Origin: a virus
Virus record (IMG/VR): IMGVR_UViG_3300034631_000059
Length of the DNA: 64,000 nucleotides
Strand: one strand, 5' to 3'
Shown here: positions 26,971 through 36,307 of the stretch, piece after piece
How the letters are laid out: every line of letters starts with the position of its first letter
How positions within the stretch are numbered: the first letter of the stretch is position 1
Notes under the pieces: model-generated
Database searches by the model: none
Told to the model about the DNA's origin: nothing
The model's input: only the letters and a program-made list of their open reading frames with translations
Program-made: the position numbers and the translations under genes

Positions 26971-27684
26971 GTGTTCGCTTCCCAGATAGCCGACCGCGCC
27001 GCGCGCATCGCCCTGGATGAGGGCAATGTGCGCTGGACCCTGGCCGAGATGTGCCTGTGGATCAGCGACGGGCAGCGCGAGGTGGCCCTTCTTCGCCCCT
27101 CCGCAATCTCCGCCAACGTGGTGCTGCCTCTGGTCCAGGGGACGCGCCAGGAGCTGCCGGCCGCCTATATCCAGCTCCTTCGCGTGGTGCGGAACGTGAC
27201 CCTGCAGGGCGGCCAGCGCGTCCCGGGCCGGACTGTGCGGGTGATCGGCCGCGAGGTGCTGGACGCGCAGATGCCGGATTGGCACATGCCGCGCGCCGCG
27301 CCGTACTCCGCCATCGTCAAGCACTTCATCTTCGATGAGGAAAGCCCGAGGGGCTTCTACGTTTACCCCGGCAACACCGGGGCCGGCGCGGTTGAGGCCA
27401 TCGTCTCCCGCCTCCCGGCCGAGCTGGTGGCGCCGGCGGATGCCAGCGACGAGACCCTGCGCGGGCTGATGGCCGCCTTCAAGCTGGATCTGGACGACAC
27501 CTACCTGAACCCGCTGGTGGATTACGTCTCGTACCGCATGCACTCCAAGGATGCTCAGTCCCAGGCCGGCATGGCGCGTGCGGCGGCCCACTATCAGCAG
27601 TTCGCCGGGCTTCTCGGCCTGAAGGCGCAGAGTGACCTGGCCAACAGCCCCAACCCCAAGGGGGCGGGGGTGGCGGCCCGATGA
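26971..27684 (+). CDS. Putative head-tail adaptor protein
   Basis: NVRWTLAEMCLWISDGQREVALLRP...FYVYP...LVDYVSYR..SKDA; GTG start inferred. Confidence 0.65.
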   Translation: MFASQIADRAARIALDEGNVRWTLAEMCLWISDGQREVALLRPSAISANVVLPLVQGTRQELPAAYIQLLRVVRNVTLQGGQRVPGRTVRVIGREVLDAQMPDWHMPRAAPYSAIVKHFIFDEESPRGFYVYPGNTGAGAVEAIVSRLPAELVAPADASDETLRGLMAAFKLDLDDTYLNPLVDYVSYRMHSKDAQSQAGMARAAAHYQQFAGLLGLKAQSDLANSPNPKGAGVAAR

Positions 27685-28292
27685 AGGACTTCGAAGACTT
27701 CCTGCCCGATGTGCTGATCCACGCGGCGGCCGTGCCCGAGCCGACCGCCATCCTCTACCTCCGCCGGGCGGCCCAGGAGTTCTGCACCAAGACGAAGCTG
27801 TGGCGCGAGGTGGATTGCCTTCCGGCGACCGGCGGCGAGTTCGAGACCGTGTGCGTGCCGCCCTACTCCGCCCTGGTGCAGCTCGAAAGCGTGTCTCTGA
27901 ACGGCCGAGACCTCTTCCCGCTGCGGGGCGACCGCCATGCCGGGCGAGACGGCGGGGAGCCGGACTACTTCACCCAGACAGGGCCGGACCAGATGCGCCT
28001 GGTCCCCTGTGGCGGGTCGGCGCTGGTGGGCCAGGAGATGCGGATGAGCATGATCCTGAAGCCCGCCGAGGGCGCGGAGATGACCGCCGATTTCCTCTAT
28101 GACCACCACGTGGAGGCCATCGCCGCGGGCGCTCTCTCCCGGATCCTGATGCTGCCCAACCAGCCCTACACCGACTTGGCGCGCGCGGGTGTGTTCGCGG
28201 GGCAGTTCCAGGCCGAGCTGGACCGACTCATGGGCGCCAGCATCAAGGGGCAGCAGAGAGCCAATGTCCGCAGCCGTTCTCGATTTCTCTAA
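27681..28292 (+). CDS. Putative tail adaptor / tubular protein A-like
   Basis: ATGA overlap; FLPDVL...PEP...AAQEFC..TKLWR...IAAGALSRILMLPNQPYTD pattern. Confidence 0.65.
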   Translation: MKDFEDFLPDVLIHAAAVPEPTAILYLRRAAQEFCTKTKLWREVDCLPATGGEFETVCVPPYSALVQLESVSLNGRDLFPLRGDRHAGRDGGEPDYFTQTGPDQMRLVPCGGSALVGQEMRMSMILKPAEGAEMTADFLYDHHVEAIAAGALSRILMLPNQPYTDLARAGVFAGQFQAELDRLMGASIKGQQRANVRSRSRFL

Positions 28293-28878
28293 CGTCCCCT
28301 GGATCGTTGGCGCGGGCATTGAGGCTTCCGCGCTGCCGGTGCGGAAGGATCGTCGCATCGTGGACAAGGGCCCGCACATGGCGGAGCTGGTCCACAAGCG
28401 CGGCGAGGACACGCTTGACTACTTCATCGACCTCTCCCGCTGGCTGGAACCCCATGAGGTGATCGTGGTCGCGCGGGCGCGGACGCTGCCCGCCGATCTT
28501 CAGGTGCTGAGGGTGGATTTCGCGCCCCAGGGCGCGGTGGTGTGGCTCTCCCAGGGGGCCGATGGCGTCCGGCATGAGGTGCAGGCCCAGGTGCAAACCA
28601 GCCTGGGCAAGGTGAAGCTGATCCGCTTCTTCGCGATCACGCGCGGCAACGGGGTGCCGCCCCTCCCCCCGCCGATCACCATCACCGTGCCAGACCTGGA
28701 AATCGTGCTGGCGCCGACCTCTCCGGGTCTGGAGGTGTCCGCGACCACCATCGACTTCGGCACGACCGACCTATCCGGCGGCGAGGGCATCGTCACCATC
28801 AAGAACACCGGCACGGCACCCCTCATCATCACCAGCATCACCACCACCGGGCCCTTCTCGGTGGTCAGCACCTCATAG
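28264..28878 (+). CDS. Fibre/tail adaptor-like protein with C-terminal Ig-like (ASH) domain
   Basis: DTLDYFIDLSRWL adaptor-like N-terminus; IDFG...VTIKNTGTAPLIITSITTTGPFSV Ig-like motif. Confidence 0.6.
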   Translation: MSAAVLDFSNVPWIVGAGIEASALPVRKDRRIVDKGPHMAELVHKRGEDTLDYFIDLSRWLEPHEVIVVARARTLPADLQVLRVDFAPQGAVVWLSQGADGVRHEVQAQVQTSLGKVKLIRFFAITRGNGVPPLPPPITITVPDLEIVLAPTSPGLEVSATTIDFGTTDLSGGEGIVTIKNTGTAPLIITSITTTGPFSVVSTS

Positions 28879-28887
28879 GAGAGGCTC

Positions 28888-29322
28888 ATGGCCAACCGCA
28901 CCTATCCCAAGTTCCTCAGCGCCCTTCTCTCCCCCGGCGTGAACCTGCTGACCGCGACCGTGAAGGCGGCGCTGGTCTCCACCACCAGCGGCGCGGCGGG
29001 CGCCAACTTCCCTTATTCGGCCGGGAGCGAGTTCCTGTCCGACATCCCGGCCAGCGCGATCATCGCTACCAGCCCCGCCCTCACCGGCAAGGCGGTCGCG
29101 AACGGCGCGCTCACGGCAGGCAGCTTCACCCTCCCGGCCGTTCCCGCGCAGAGCGGCGGCAAGGTGGGCCAGGCCGTGGTCCTCTACGTGGACACGGGCA
29201 CGGCCGGTACGTCCCGCCTCATCAGCTTCCTCGACACCTTCACCGGCCTGCCGATCACGCCGGACGGCAGCGACCTGACCTTCAACTGGTCGGGCAGCGT
29301 CATCACCCTCGCCCAGCCCTGA
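28888..29322 (+). CDS. Virion structural protein
   Basis: AGGAGG RBS; beta-rich; ALTGKAV and GLPITPDGSDLTFNW motifs. Confidence 0.7.
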   Translation: MANRTYPKFLSALLSPGVNLLTATVKAALVSTTSGAAGANFPYSAGSEFLSDIPASAIIATSPALTGKAVANGALTAGSFTLPAVPAQSGGKVGQAVVLYVDTGTAGTSRLISFLDTFTGLPITPDGSDLTFNWSGSVITLAQP

Positions 29323-29337
29323 TCCCAGGAGACCGCC

Positions 29338-32300
29338 ATGTCCGGCAGCCTGCCCATCACCGTTCCGCCCGGCGGCAGCATCACCCTGCGGATTGCCTTC
29401 ACCCCGCAGGCGGCGGGCGCGGCTGATGGTGGGCTGGTGGTCACGACCAATGCCGGGCCGGTGCCCGTGAGCCTGCACGGCGTTGCGGCCGAGCTACCCC
29501 CTGCCCCGCGCACCTTCACCATCCCGGGCGTGACCGTGCTGCTCACACCGGGCGGCGGCGAGGTGGTGAAGGTGACGCCGGCAGGGATCGGCTGGCTCTA
29601 TGTGGACGGCGGGCGGCTGCGCGAAGAGGGCACCGGGGAGGCCTATCGCTTCAAGGGCGCAAACTGGTTCGGCGCGAGCGCGGAAGGGCTGGTGCCGGAC
29701 GGCCTGTGGGCGCGCCCCTACCGCAGCATTGGCAACGGCCAGGGGGCGAACGAAGGGCTGTTGGAGCAGTTCAAGCGGTTCGGCTTCAACGTCATCCGCC
29801 TCCTGGTCTGCCAAGACATCACCTGGCCGGGGCGGAAGCCGGGCCGCTACATCGACCCCTTCTACAACCCGGACTTCTTCTCTCCGCGCCCGGAGGCTGG
29901 CAACGAGTACGCGACTCCCCAAAGCGCCCTCATCACCGCCATCGAGTGCCTGGACCTCTTCGTCGCGCACGCGAAGGAGCTGGGGCTTCGCGTCATCCTG
30001 GACATGCACTGTGCGGCGCCGAACGTCTCCAACGACCTGGGCCTGGGCTATAAGTGGTACACCACCACCAACCCCGGAGATCAGGGCGGCACCACGGGCG
30101 CCGTGGGCGAGCCGCGCAGCGAGGCGCAGATGCTGGCGGCCTGGCGCTTCTATGCCGACCGCTACAAGGACGAGCCGACCGTCTGTGGCTTCGACCTCAT
30201 CAACGAGCCGCTGGAATGCCGCTGGGACAGCGATCCCCATTTCGGCATCAAGGGCTTCTATGACCGCTGCGTCGCGGAGATCCGCGAGGTGAACACCAAG
30301 GCTCTCATCATCTGCGAGGGCGCTTTCAAGAGTTGGAACCCGGACTTCAACTCCTATGAGGTTTCGGCCATCTACACCTCCGAGGGGCTGCATGTTGGCG
30401 CGCAAGCATCGGGAGACCTCCGAGGCGTCGCGAGCGATCCTGTTGTTGATACGGTACCCAACAAGATCGTCTATTCGCCGCACGAGTACGGCTCCTACTT
30501 CCCCGGCTACACGGACGGGGCCGGGAATATCTACCGCAACTACATGCGCCCCGACACGGCCTTCCCGGCTAACCTCCGGGAAATCTGGGGCACGTGGTTC
30601 GGCTACATTGCCGAGCAGGGCCTTGGCGGCGTGCTGATTGGCGAAGTGGGCACCTGGTTCAACACCGATGCCTACTCCTACTCCGGAACGAAGGTTCCCT
30701 ACACGGAGCAGAACCTTGCCGCGGATCGCCTCTGGCTGGCCGAGCTGGATGAGTACATGCGCGAGTTCGGCATCGGCTTCACCTTCTGGTGCTTCAACCC
30801 TGGCGGCGAGCCGGATGGCATTACCGAGCCGGAGGACATTCCAGCAAGCGGCGCCCCGGTCGCAGGGGACGGCCAGTGGCGCACCACGATCTATCCCTAC
30901 AAGCAGGAGATTCTTGACCTCCTGCTTGCGCCGGATGCGGATGCGCCGGTCTCGCGCATCTTCACCCTTCCTGAGCAGGCCATCACCGCGACGGCCGGCG
31001 TGCCCGAGCTGGCCGTCAGCCACACCTTCGCCCTGCCCGGCACGTCTGTCACCGCGACGGCCGGGGCGCCTGCACTGGCAGGCGGCATCTCCTGGCTCTC
31101 CGCCGATGGCTCGCGCCTCGTGGATGACGGCGGCAACACCATCATCCTGAAGTCGGTGGGGTGGTTCTCCCTTGAGCAGGACAACTACTTCCGGGGCACC
31201 TCGCAGCGCACCTACAAGACGCGCCCCGTCATCCTGAACGATGAAGCTTTCAACCAGGGCGTGACGGTCCCGCACGAGCAGGAAGGCATCGTCGACATGG
31301 TGAAGCGGGCGGGGTTCAACTCCATCCGCCTCCCCATCAGCCAGCACACCATTCTCAACGCCCGCGCGCGGGGCTCCTACCAGGTGGAGCCCTACGTGAA
31401 CCCGGACTTCATCCTGGGGGCGCAGCTCCCTGCGGCGGGCCAGTGGCCGCCCACCTTCCCCGACAAGAGCCAATGGGGCGCCTATACCTCCGACCCGCCC
31501 TGGTACTCGAACAACGGTCCAGCCGAGGATCAGAAGCAGCCCATCCTGCACTCCATGGACATGCTGGACCGGATCATCGCCTACGCGCGGCAGATCGGCC
31601 TTCGCATCATCCTCGACATGCATTGCGTCTCCGCGAACTCCGACAATTTCGCAGCCAACAACGGGCGCTGGTACACCACGGCCAGCCGCACGGCTGGCGG
31701 CGCCAGCGCGGGGACGCCGGGCGAGGTGCGCGACGAGACGCAGGCCATCGCCTGCTGGACCTATCTGGCCGACCGTTACAAGAACGAGCCTACTGTCTGC
31801 GCCTTCGACATCATCAATGAGCCGCACAAGGCGACCTGGGATGCCGGGCAGGCGAACCTCGCGGACAATGTGCGCGCCTACTATGAGCGGGTGGGCAATG
31901 CTATCCATGCCGTCAACCCGAACGTCTTCCTGTGGTTCGAAGGGGTCCATGGCTCGAAGTACGTGGACGGCGCCTACCAGGAGTACGTCTCGGTCATCTG
32001 GAACGAGCTGCCGGGCGCGCCCGACCTGGGCCTACAGTTCTCAGGCAACCTCACGGGCGTTGCCGCGGCCCCGGTGGTCCTGAACACGCCGAACAAGCAC
32101 GGGTTCTCCCCGCATGAATACTCGCCCAGCGAGAACGGGGCGGTTGCCGATTTCGTGGTGAACTACGCGGGCAGCAGCGGTATGTCGCAGAAGGACGTGT
32201 GGAAGGCCCGCTGGCGCAAGCTCTGGGGCTATCTGGCCGAAGCCGACACGGCGCCGATCTGGATTGGCGAGTGGGCTGCGAAGTGGAACGGCACGCGCGA

Positions 32301-32493
32301 TGCGCAGGACGAGGCCTGGTTCGAGGCGCTGACGGAATACTGCGCCGCCCACAACATCAGCCATTCCTACTGGTGCCTCAATGCTGGCGCCTGGAACGGG
32401 ATCATGCTGGGCGACGACAACAGCGGGTTCACGGGGCTCGATGAAGTCCGCGTGGCGAAGATCCAGCCCATGCTTCAGCAGACCGGAGCCTGA
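29338..32493 (+). CDS. Ig-like domain plus two tandem GH5 (endoglucanase-like) domains
   Basis: Each repeat has WF(G/S), GFNxIRL, GLRxILDMH, FDxINEP (acid/base Glu at 30205 and 31819), SPHEY, IGE (nucleophile Glu at 30643 and 32269) and W(C)xN. AGGAG RBS. Confidence 0.9.
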   Translation: MSGSLPITVPPGGSITLRIAFTPQAAGAADGGLVVTTNAGPVPVSLHGVAAELPPAPRTFTIPGVTVLLTPGGGEVVKVTPAGIGWLYVDGGRLREEGTGEAYRFKGANWFGASAEGLVPDGLWARPYRSIGNGQGANEGLLEQFKRFGFNVIRLLVCQDITWPGRKPGRYIDPFYNPDFFSPRPEAGNEYATPQSALITAIECLDLFVAHAKELGLRVILDMHCAAPNVSNDLGLGYKWYTTTNPGDQGGTTGAVGEPRSEAQMLAAWRFYADRYKDEPTVCGFDLINEPLECRWDSDPHFGIKGFYDRCVAEIREVNTKALIICEGAFKSWNPDFNSYEVSAIYTSEGLHVGAQASGDLRGVASDPVVDTVPNKIVYSPHEYGSYFPGYTDGAGNIYRNYMRPDTAFPANLREIWGTWFGYIAEQGLGGVLIGEVGTWFNTDAYSYSGTKVPYTEQNLAADRLWLAELDEYMREFGIGFTFWCFNPGGEPDGITEPEDIPASGAPVAGDGQWRTTIYPYKQEILDLLLAPDADAPVSRIFTLPEQAITATAGVPELAVSHTFALPGTSVTATAGAPALAGGISWLSADGSRLVDDGGNTIILKSVGWFSLEQDNYFRGTSQRTYKTRPVILNDEAFNQGVTVPHEQEGIVDMVKRAGFNSIRLPISQHTILNARARGSYQVEPYVNPDFILGAQLPAAGQWPPTFPDKSQWGAYTSDPPWYSNNGPAEDQKQPILHSMDMLDRIIAYARQIGLRIILDMHCVSANSDNFAANNGRWYTTASRTAGGASAGTPGEVRDETQAIACWTYLADRYKNEPTVCAFDIINEPHKATWDAGQANLADNVRAYYERVGNAIHAVNPNVFLWFEGVHGSKYVDGAYQEYVSVIWNELPGAPDLGLQFSGNLTGVAAAPVVLNTPNKHGFSPHEYSPSENGAVADFVVNYAGSSGMSQKDVWKARWRKLWGYLAEADTAPIWIGEWAAKWNGTRDAQDEAWFEALTEYCAAHNISHSYWCLNAGAWNGIMLGDDNSGFTGLDEVRVAKIQPMLQQTGA

Positions 32494-32494
32494 C

Positions 32495-35400
32495 ATGCCG
32501 ACCACGCGCAACCTCCCGGTCTCGCTTTCCGTGGAGCCGGATCGGATCATCACGGCCGATTGGACCACCAGGGACGGGACCGCCACCGCCGGCACGGACT
32601 ACACGGCGGCCAGCGGCACGCTCACCTGGCCGGTTGGGCAGCGCATCGCCACCATCCCCCTCACGGTGCTGGACGGCGCGGGCGCTGGCACCTTCTACGT
32701 GGACGTGTCCAATCCGACCGGCGGCGCGGTCGTCCAGGACGGCACGGGCGCCATAGCCATCGTGATCGAGGATGTGCCGCCCGACCCTGGAGGGGATCTG
32801 ACGCCCGAAGTCGGGGTGATGCTCGACGCGCTCTGGGGCTATGTGCAGCGCGCGACGGGGCAGGCGGCCGTTCAGGCCGGCATGCCGCCGCTGGTGACGG
32901 AAGAGGGGCTGGTGAAGAACAGCCAGCAGCCGGAGACGGCGCTGGGTGGCTACCTGCCTCAGAATGCCGCTACCAGCGAGGGTATCAGCCTGCTGCTACG
33001 TGGCGTGGCTCGCGCTTATGCGGCGACGGGCGACAGCGCCTATCTCGACTACGCAGGCTTCCTGATGGACGCGGCGTGCAGCTTCTTCTTCTTCGACAGC
33101 CGCCCGAGCAGCGACCCGTCCCAGGAATGGTTCCATACGTGGCTGGTGAATGGAGGCCCGGCATTTCCGGTGCGGGGTCCGGTGGCGGATGCGGCGGATC
33201 AGGGCGGCTATGTCGGCGTGCCCGTCTCCTTCGTGTCTGGGGTGGGGCAGCTACCGCACGCGCCCGAGCAGGTGTTCCAGGCCGCGACCGAAGGCGCGCA
33301 GTTCGTGTGGCACAACGTCTATGCCGATATCGTTGAAGGCACGGGCACCCGGATCGCCGTCAGCTACTACATCAACGCAGCCAGCGCGAAGGTCTATGGC
33401 ACTCAGAAGGGCGGCAGCTTCGGCCAGCCCATCGAGCCGGGCAGCAATGAGCCGCCGGGGCGCATCGTCCTGGCCTCGCCGCTGACGGGAACCTACCTGA
33501 TCAACTACAATGTCAGCGTGCCGGGGGACACCATCGCCTATGGCGACCCCTACGAGGCATGGCCCTTCTGGCGCCGCCTTGGTGCCGCCGAGCGCAGCCA
33601 CGCGGCCGACGCGATCCACTGGTTCGCGGACGCCTTCCGAGTGATGAAAGAGGCGGACCCCGGCAACGCAGAGTGGGCGCGAGCGCACGCTCGCACGCTG
33701 GACCTGTGGCGCATCTGCTGCGAGCAGGAGAGCGACACCACCCTCATCTTCAAGGCGGGCACGAAGGGCTTCTACAACTCCTTCCCCATCACCTACGCCT
33801 ATGCCTCCGGGCAGGATCAGGCTGGCGAGGATGGCACGGCCTGGGCCGGGCCGCCGGCCGCGCCGTACATGACCGCCGAGCGCGGCAGCGACGGCTATGT
33901 GAACTTCATCCTTCCGAAAATGGACGGCGCGCCGGGCAGCGGCCTGCCGGTTCGCTACAACATGGCCTTCGAGAACGGGACCCTCTTCCTTCGCTACAAT
34001 CTGGGGGCGACGATCAAGGCGAACATCTACGCCTCCGCCCCCACCATCGTCACCGCCACCATCCAGCGCACGGACGGCGCCAAGGGAACGGCCCTGATGG
34101 CGCTGGGCACGACGCCAGAGGAGCATACCATCCTCCTCAACGGTTTCCGCGCCTTCCAGATGGAGCCGGGCGACGCCACGGGCGACAAGACGGGGGATTG
34201 GAGCGGGAGCGGCGAGTACACCCCTCCGACCTACCTTCCTGTGCCCTTCCCCGGGCGACGCCGCGCGATGGTCGGGGACTCCATCACCTGGCTGAACACC
34301 TTTTGGAATCCCCCCACGGGCACGGATGCGCCCTGGCAGGATGGCAGCGGCGCCAACACGCCAGGCGGCGGCTGGGGCGGGGTGGGCGGCGGCGGCCAGG
34401 GCAACCCCCTGGCGCCCGGCTACTATGAGTATTTCGGCCACTCGATGTCGGGGTATCTCACCTACGAGAACCAGCTCATGAACCAAGGCCTGGTCATCGA
34501 GCCCCACCTGCAGGACCGCCAGGCGCTCGAAGCTGCCGCCAGCCAGCCCGTGGGCCGCTGGAAGAACGGCAACAACTTCGCTATCGCGGGCAGCCGGGTC
34601 ACGCAGTGGAATGAGCCCCAGAACGACACCCTGGGCAACGGGGTGCTGGAGGTGGGCCCGATGTTCAACGCCCGCCGCTACATGAATAAGTTCGACGTGG
34701 TGGACGTGCTGGGCGGCACCAATGACCTGGGCGGTGGCACCGTCTCCGCTCAGACGGTCTTCAACGCCATGCGCCCCTACATTTATGAGCTGGCGGAAGC
34801 CGGGAAGTGGGTGTTCCTGCACACCGTGCCGCCGCGCACGCGCGAGTGGTTGGGGGGCTACTACTCCCCGGCCGGCGCCGGATGGAAAGACCCCGGCACC
34901 GCCGATCCCGAGGCCGCTTATACGATCGAGAAGCAGGACCTCGTGCGGTCGCGGATCGAGGAGCTAAACAACCTCTTCCGTGAGGAGTTCGGCTACTCGC
35001 AGCCGGGCGTCGTCGGGTCGCACAAGCGCGCCAATATCTGGCTTGTGGACCACTACTTCGGGCTGCTGGGGCCGAATGGGAAGGACCCCTTCGGCCATCA
35101 GTCCAACGACAGCGATCCACTCGCGCAGGCCACCATCGGCAACTTCCGCAGCGACCTGCCGGGCAAGGTCGCGCTCTATGACGGCCTGCACGAAGGGCCG
35201 CCGGGCGCCTACGTCATGGCGCTGGAAGGGCGCCGCGTGAAGCTGGGCGCGGGGGTACCGCTGGGAGGGGCATCTCCGGCCTCGCCCCTGACCTTCGGGG
35301 CGAACCTGTTGCCGAACCCGGCATTCCAGATCAGCACGGCCCGCCCGCCGGCCGAGAACGGTCAGTCCAGCTCGCGCGGCCGGGCGCGAGGCCTGGGGGC

Positions 35401-36307
35401 TCCGCTTCGCGACGCCACGCACCAGCAGTGGACGGGCAGCGGCCCCATGCCCGCCGATATCGACCAATTCGCGAATGTCGGGCTGGGCTACGAGCATGGG
35501 CAGGTGCCCAACTACTGGCAGTTTTACCGCGCCCACAATCCCGGCCCCGGAGAGCCGGCCGGCGAGGGGTGGAGCAACTTCAATGAGTACACCTGGGGCG
35601 CCCTTGCCCAGCAGTTCCCCAATCTGAACGCCTACATGGGCAGCAGCACGTGGCAGAACGGGGCTGCGCAAACTTCCGTTGTCAGCTTGGACGGGGAGCC
35701 CGCCTTCAAGATCCACTTCAGCGTGGGGCAGACGGGCAACAAGAACGAATCCTTCGTCGTCCGCACCCTGTGCCCCGGCGGCCAGCACGGGGCCTGGGAC
35801 AGCTATGGCTACGCGGAGTTCGATTGGGCGGCATGGTTTGCCGCGGGAAACACCGGCCAGCCCCCGCAGTCCGCGGTGAACATCGTGCCCAACACGCTCT
35901 ATGCCCCCGGCGACAAGCTCATGGCGAAGGCCGAGGTTCGGATGGGTAACATGGTCGGGTGCTACACCTGGCGGATGGCCCTGAACTTCCTCTCAGTGGA
36001 CATCGACGCGGTGAACGCCAACGACATGACCACCACGGGCGCGCCGATCTGCGCCTATGCGCACTCGCAGAACTTCTGGCCGCCCTCCCTGCTGGATGTG
36101 GTGCGCTCGCCGCGCGACATGGAGCCGCTAATCTACCAGACGCCTATCGTGACGGCGCCCGCCAAGGGCCTGGGCAACCGGCAATACTTCGCGCAGCTCA
36201 ACTTCGAGTTCGCCTTTGACGCCAGCCAGGGCCCGGCGGGCGGCGACATCATCATTCGCCGCCCTGGCCTGTACAAACTGACCAGCAATCCGGAGGCGCT
36301 GCGGTGA
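32495..36307 (+). CDS. Multidomain protein: Calx-beta-like + GH8-like segment + SGNH/GDSL esterase
   Basis: Calx-beta-like WTTRDGTATAGTDYTAASGTLTW; ATSEG (32972-32980) and AADA (33608) like the GH8 catalytic motifs; SGNH blocks GDS (34274), GGTND (34712) and DGLH (35180). Confidence 0.75.
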   Translation: MPTTRNLPVSLSVEPDRIITADWTTRDGTATAGTDYTAASGTLTWPVGQRIATIPLTVLDGAGAGTFYVDVSNPTGGAVVQDGTGAIAIVIEDVPPDPGGDLTPEVGVMLDALWGYVQRATGQAAVQAGMPPLVTEEGLVKNSQQPETALGGYLPQNAATSEGISLLLRGVARAYAATGDSAYLDYAGFLMDAACSFFFFDSRPSSDPSQEWFHTWLVNGGPAFPVRGPVADAADQGGYVGVPVSFVSGVGQLPHAPEQVFQAATEGAQFVWHNVYADIVEGTGTRIAVSYYINAASAKVYGTQKGGSFGQPIEPGSNEPPGRIVLASPLTGTYLINYNVSVPGDTIAYGDPYEAWPFWRRLGAAERSHAADAIHWFADAFRVMKEADPGNAEWARAHARTLDLWRICCEQESDTTLIFKAGTKGFYNSFPITYAYASGQDQAGEDGTAWAGPPAAPYMTAERGSDGYVNFILPKMDGAPGSGLPVRYNMAFENGTLFLRYNLGATIKANIYASAPTIVTATIQRTDGAKGTALMALGTTPEEHTILLNGFRAFQMEPGDATGDKTGDWSGSGEYTPPTYLPVPFPGRRRAMVGDSITWLNTFWNPPTGTDAPWQDGSGANTPGGGWGGVGGGGQGNPLAPGYYEYFGHSMSGYLTYENQLMNQGLVIEPHLQDRQALEAAASQPVGRWKNGNNFAIAGSRVTQWNEPQNDTLGNGVLEVGPMFNARRYMNKFDVVDVLGGTNDLGGGTVSAQTVFNAMRPYIYELAEAGKWVFLHTVPPRTREWLGGYYSPAGAGWKDPGTADPEAAYTIEKQDLVRSRIEELNNLFREEFGYSQPGVVGSHKRANIWLVDHYFGLLGPNGKDPFGHQSNDSDPLAQATIGNFRSDLPGKVALYDGLHEGPPGAYVMALEGRRVKLGAGVPLGGASPASPLTFGANLLPNPAFQISTARPPAENGQSSSRGRARGLGAPLRDATHQQWTGSGPMPADIDQFANVGLGYEHGQVPNYWQFYRAHNPGPGEPAGEGWSNFNEYTWGALAQQFPNLNAYMGSSTWQNGAAQTSVVSLDGEPAFKIHFSVGQTGNKNESFVVRTLCPGGQHGAWDSYGYAEFDWAAWFAAGNTGQPPQSAVNIVPNTLYAPGDKLMAKAEVRMGNMVGCYTWRMALNFLSVDIDAVNANDMTTTGAPICAYAHSQNFWPPSLLDVVRSPRDMEPLIYQTPIVTAPAKGLGNRQYFAQLNFEFAFDASQGPAGGDIIIRRPGLYKLTSNPEALR

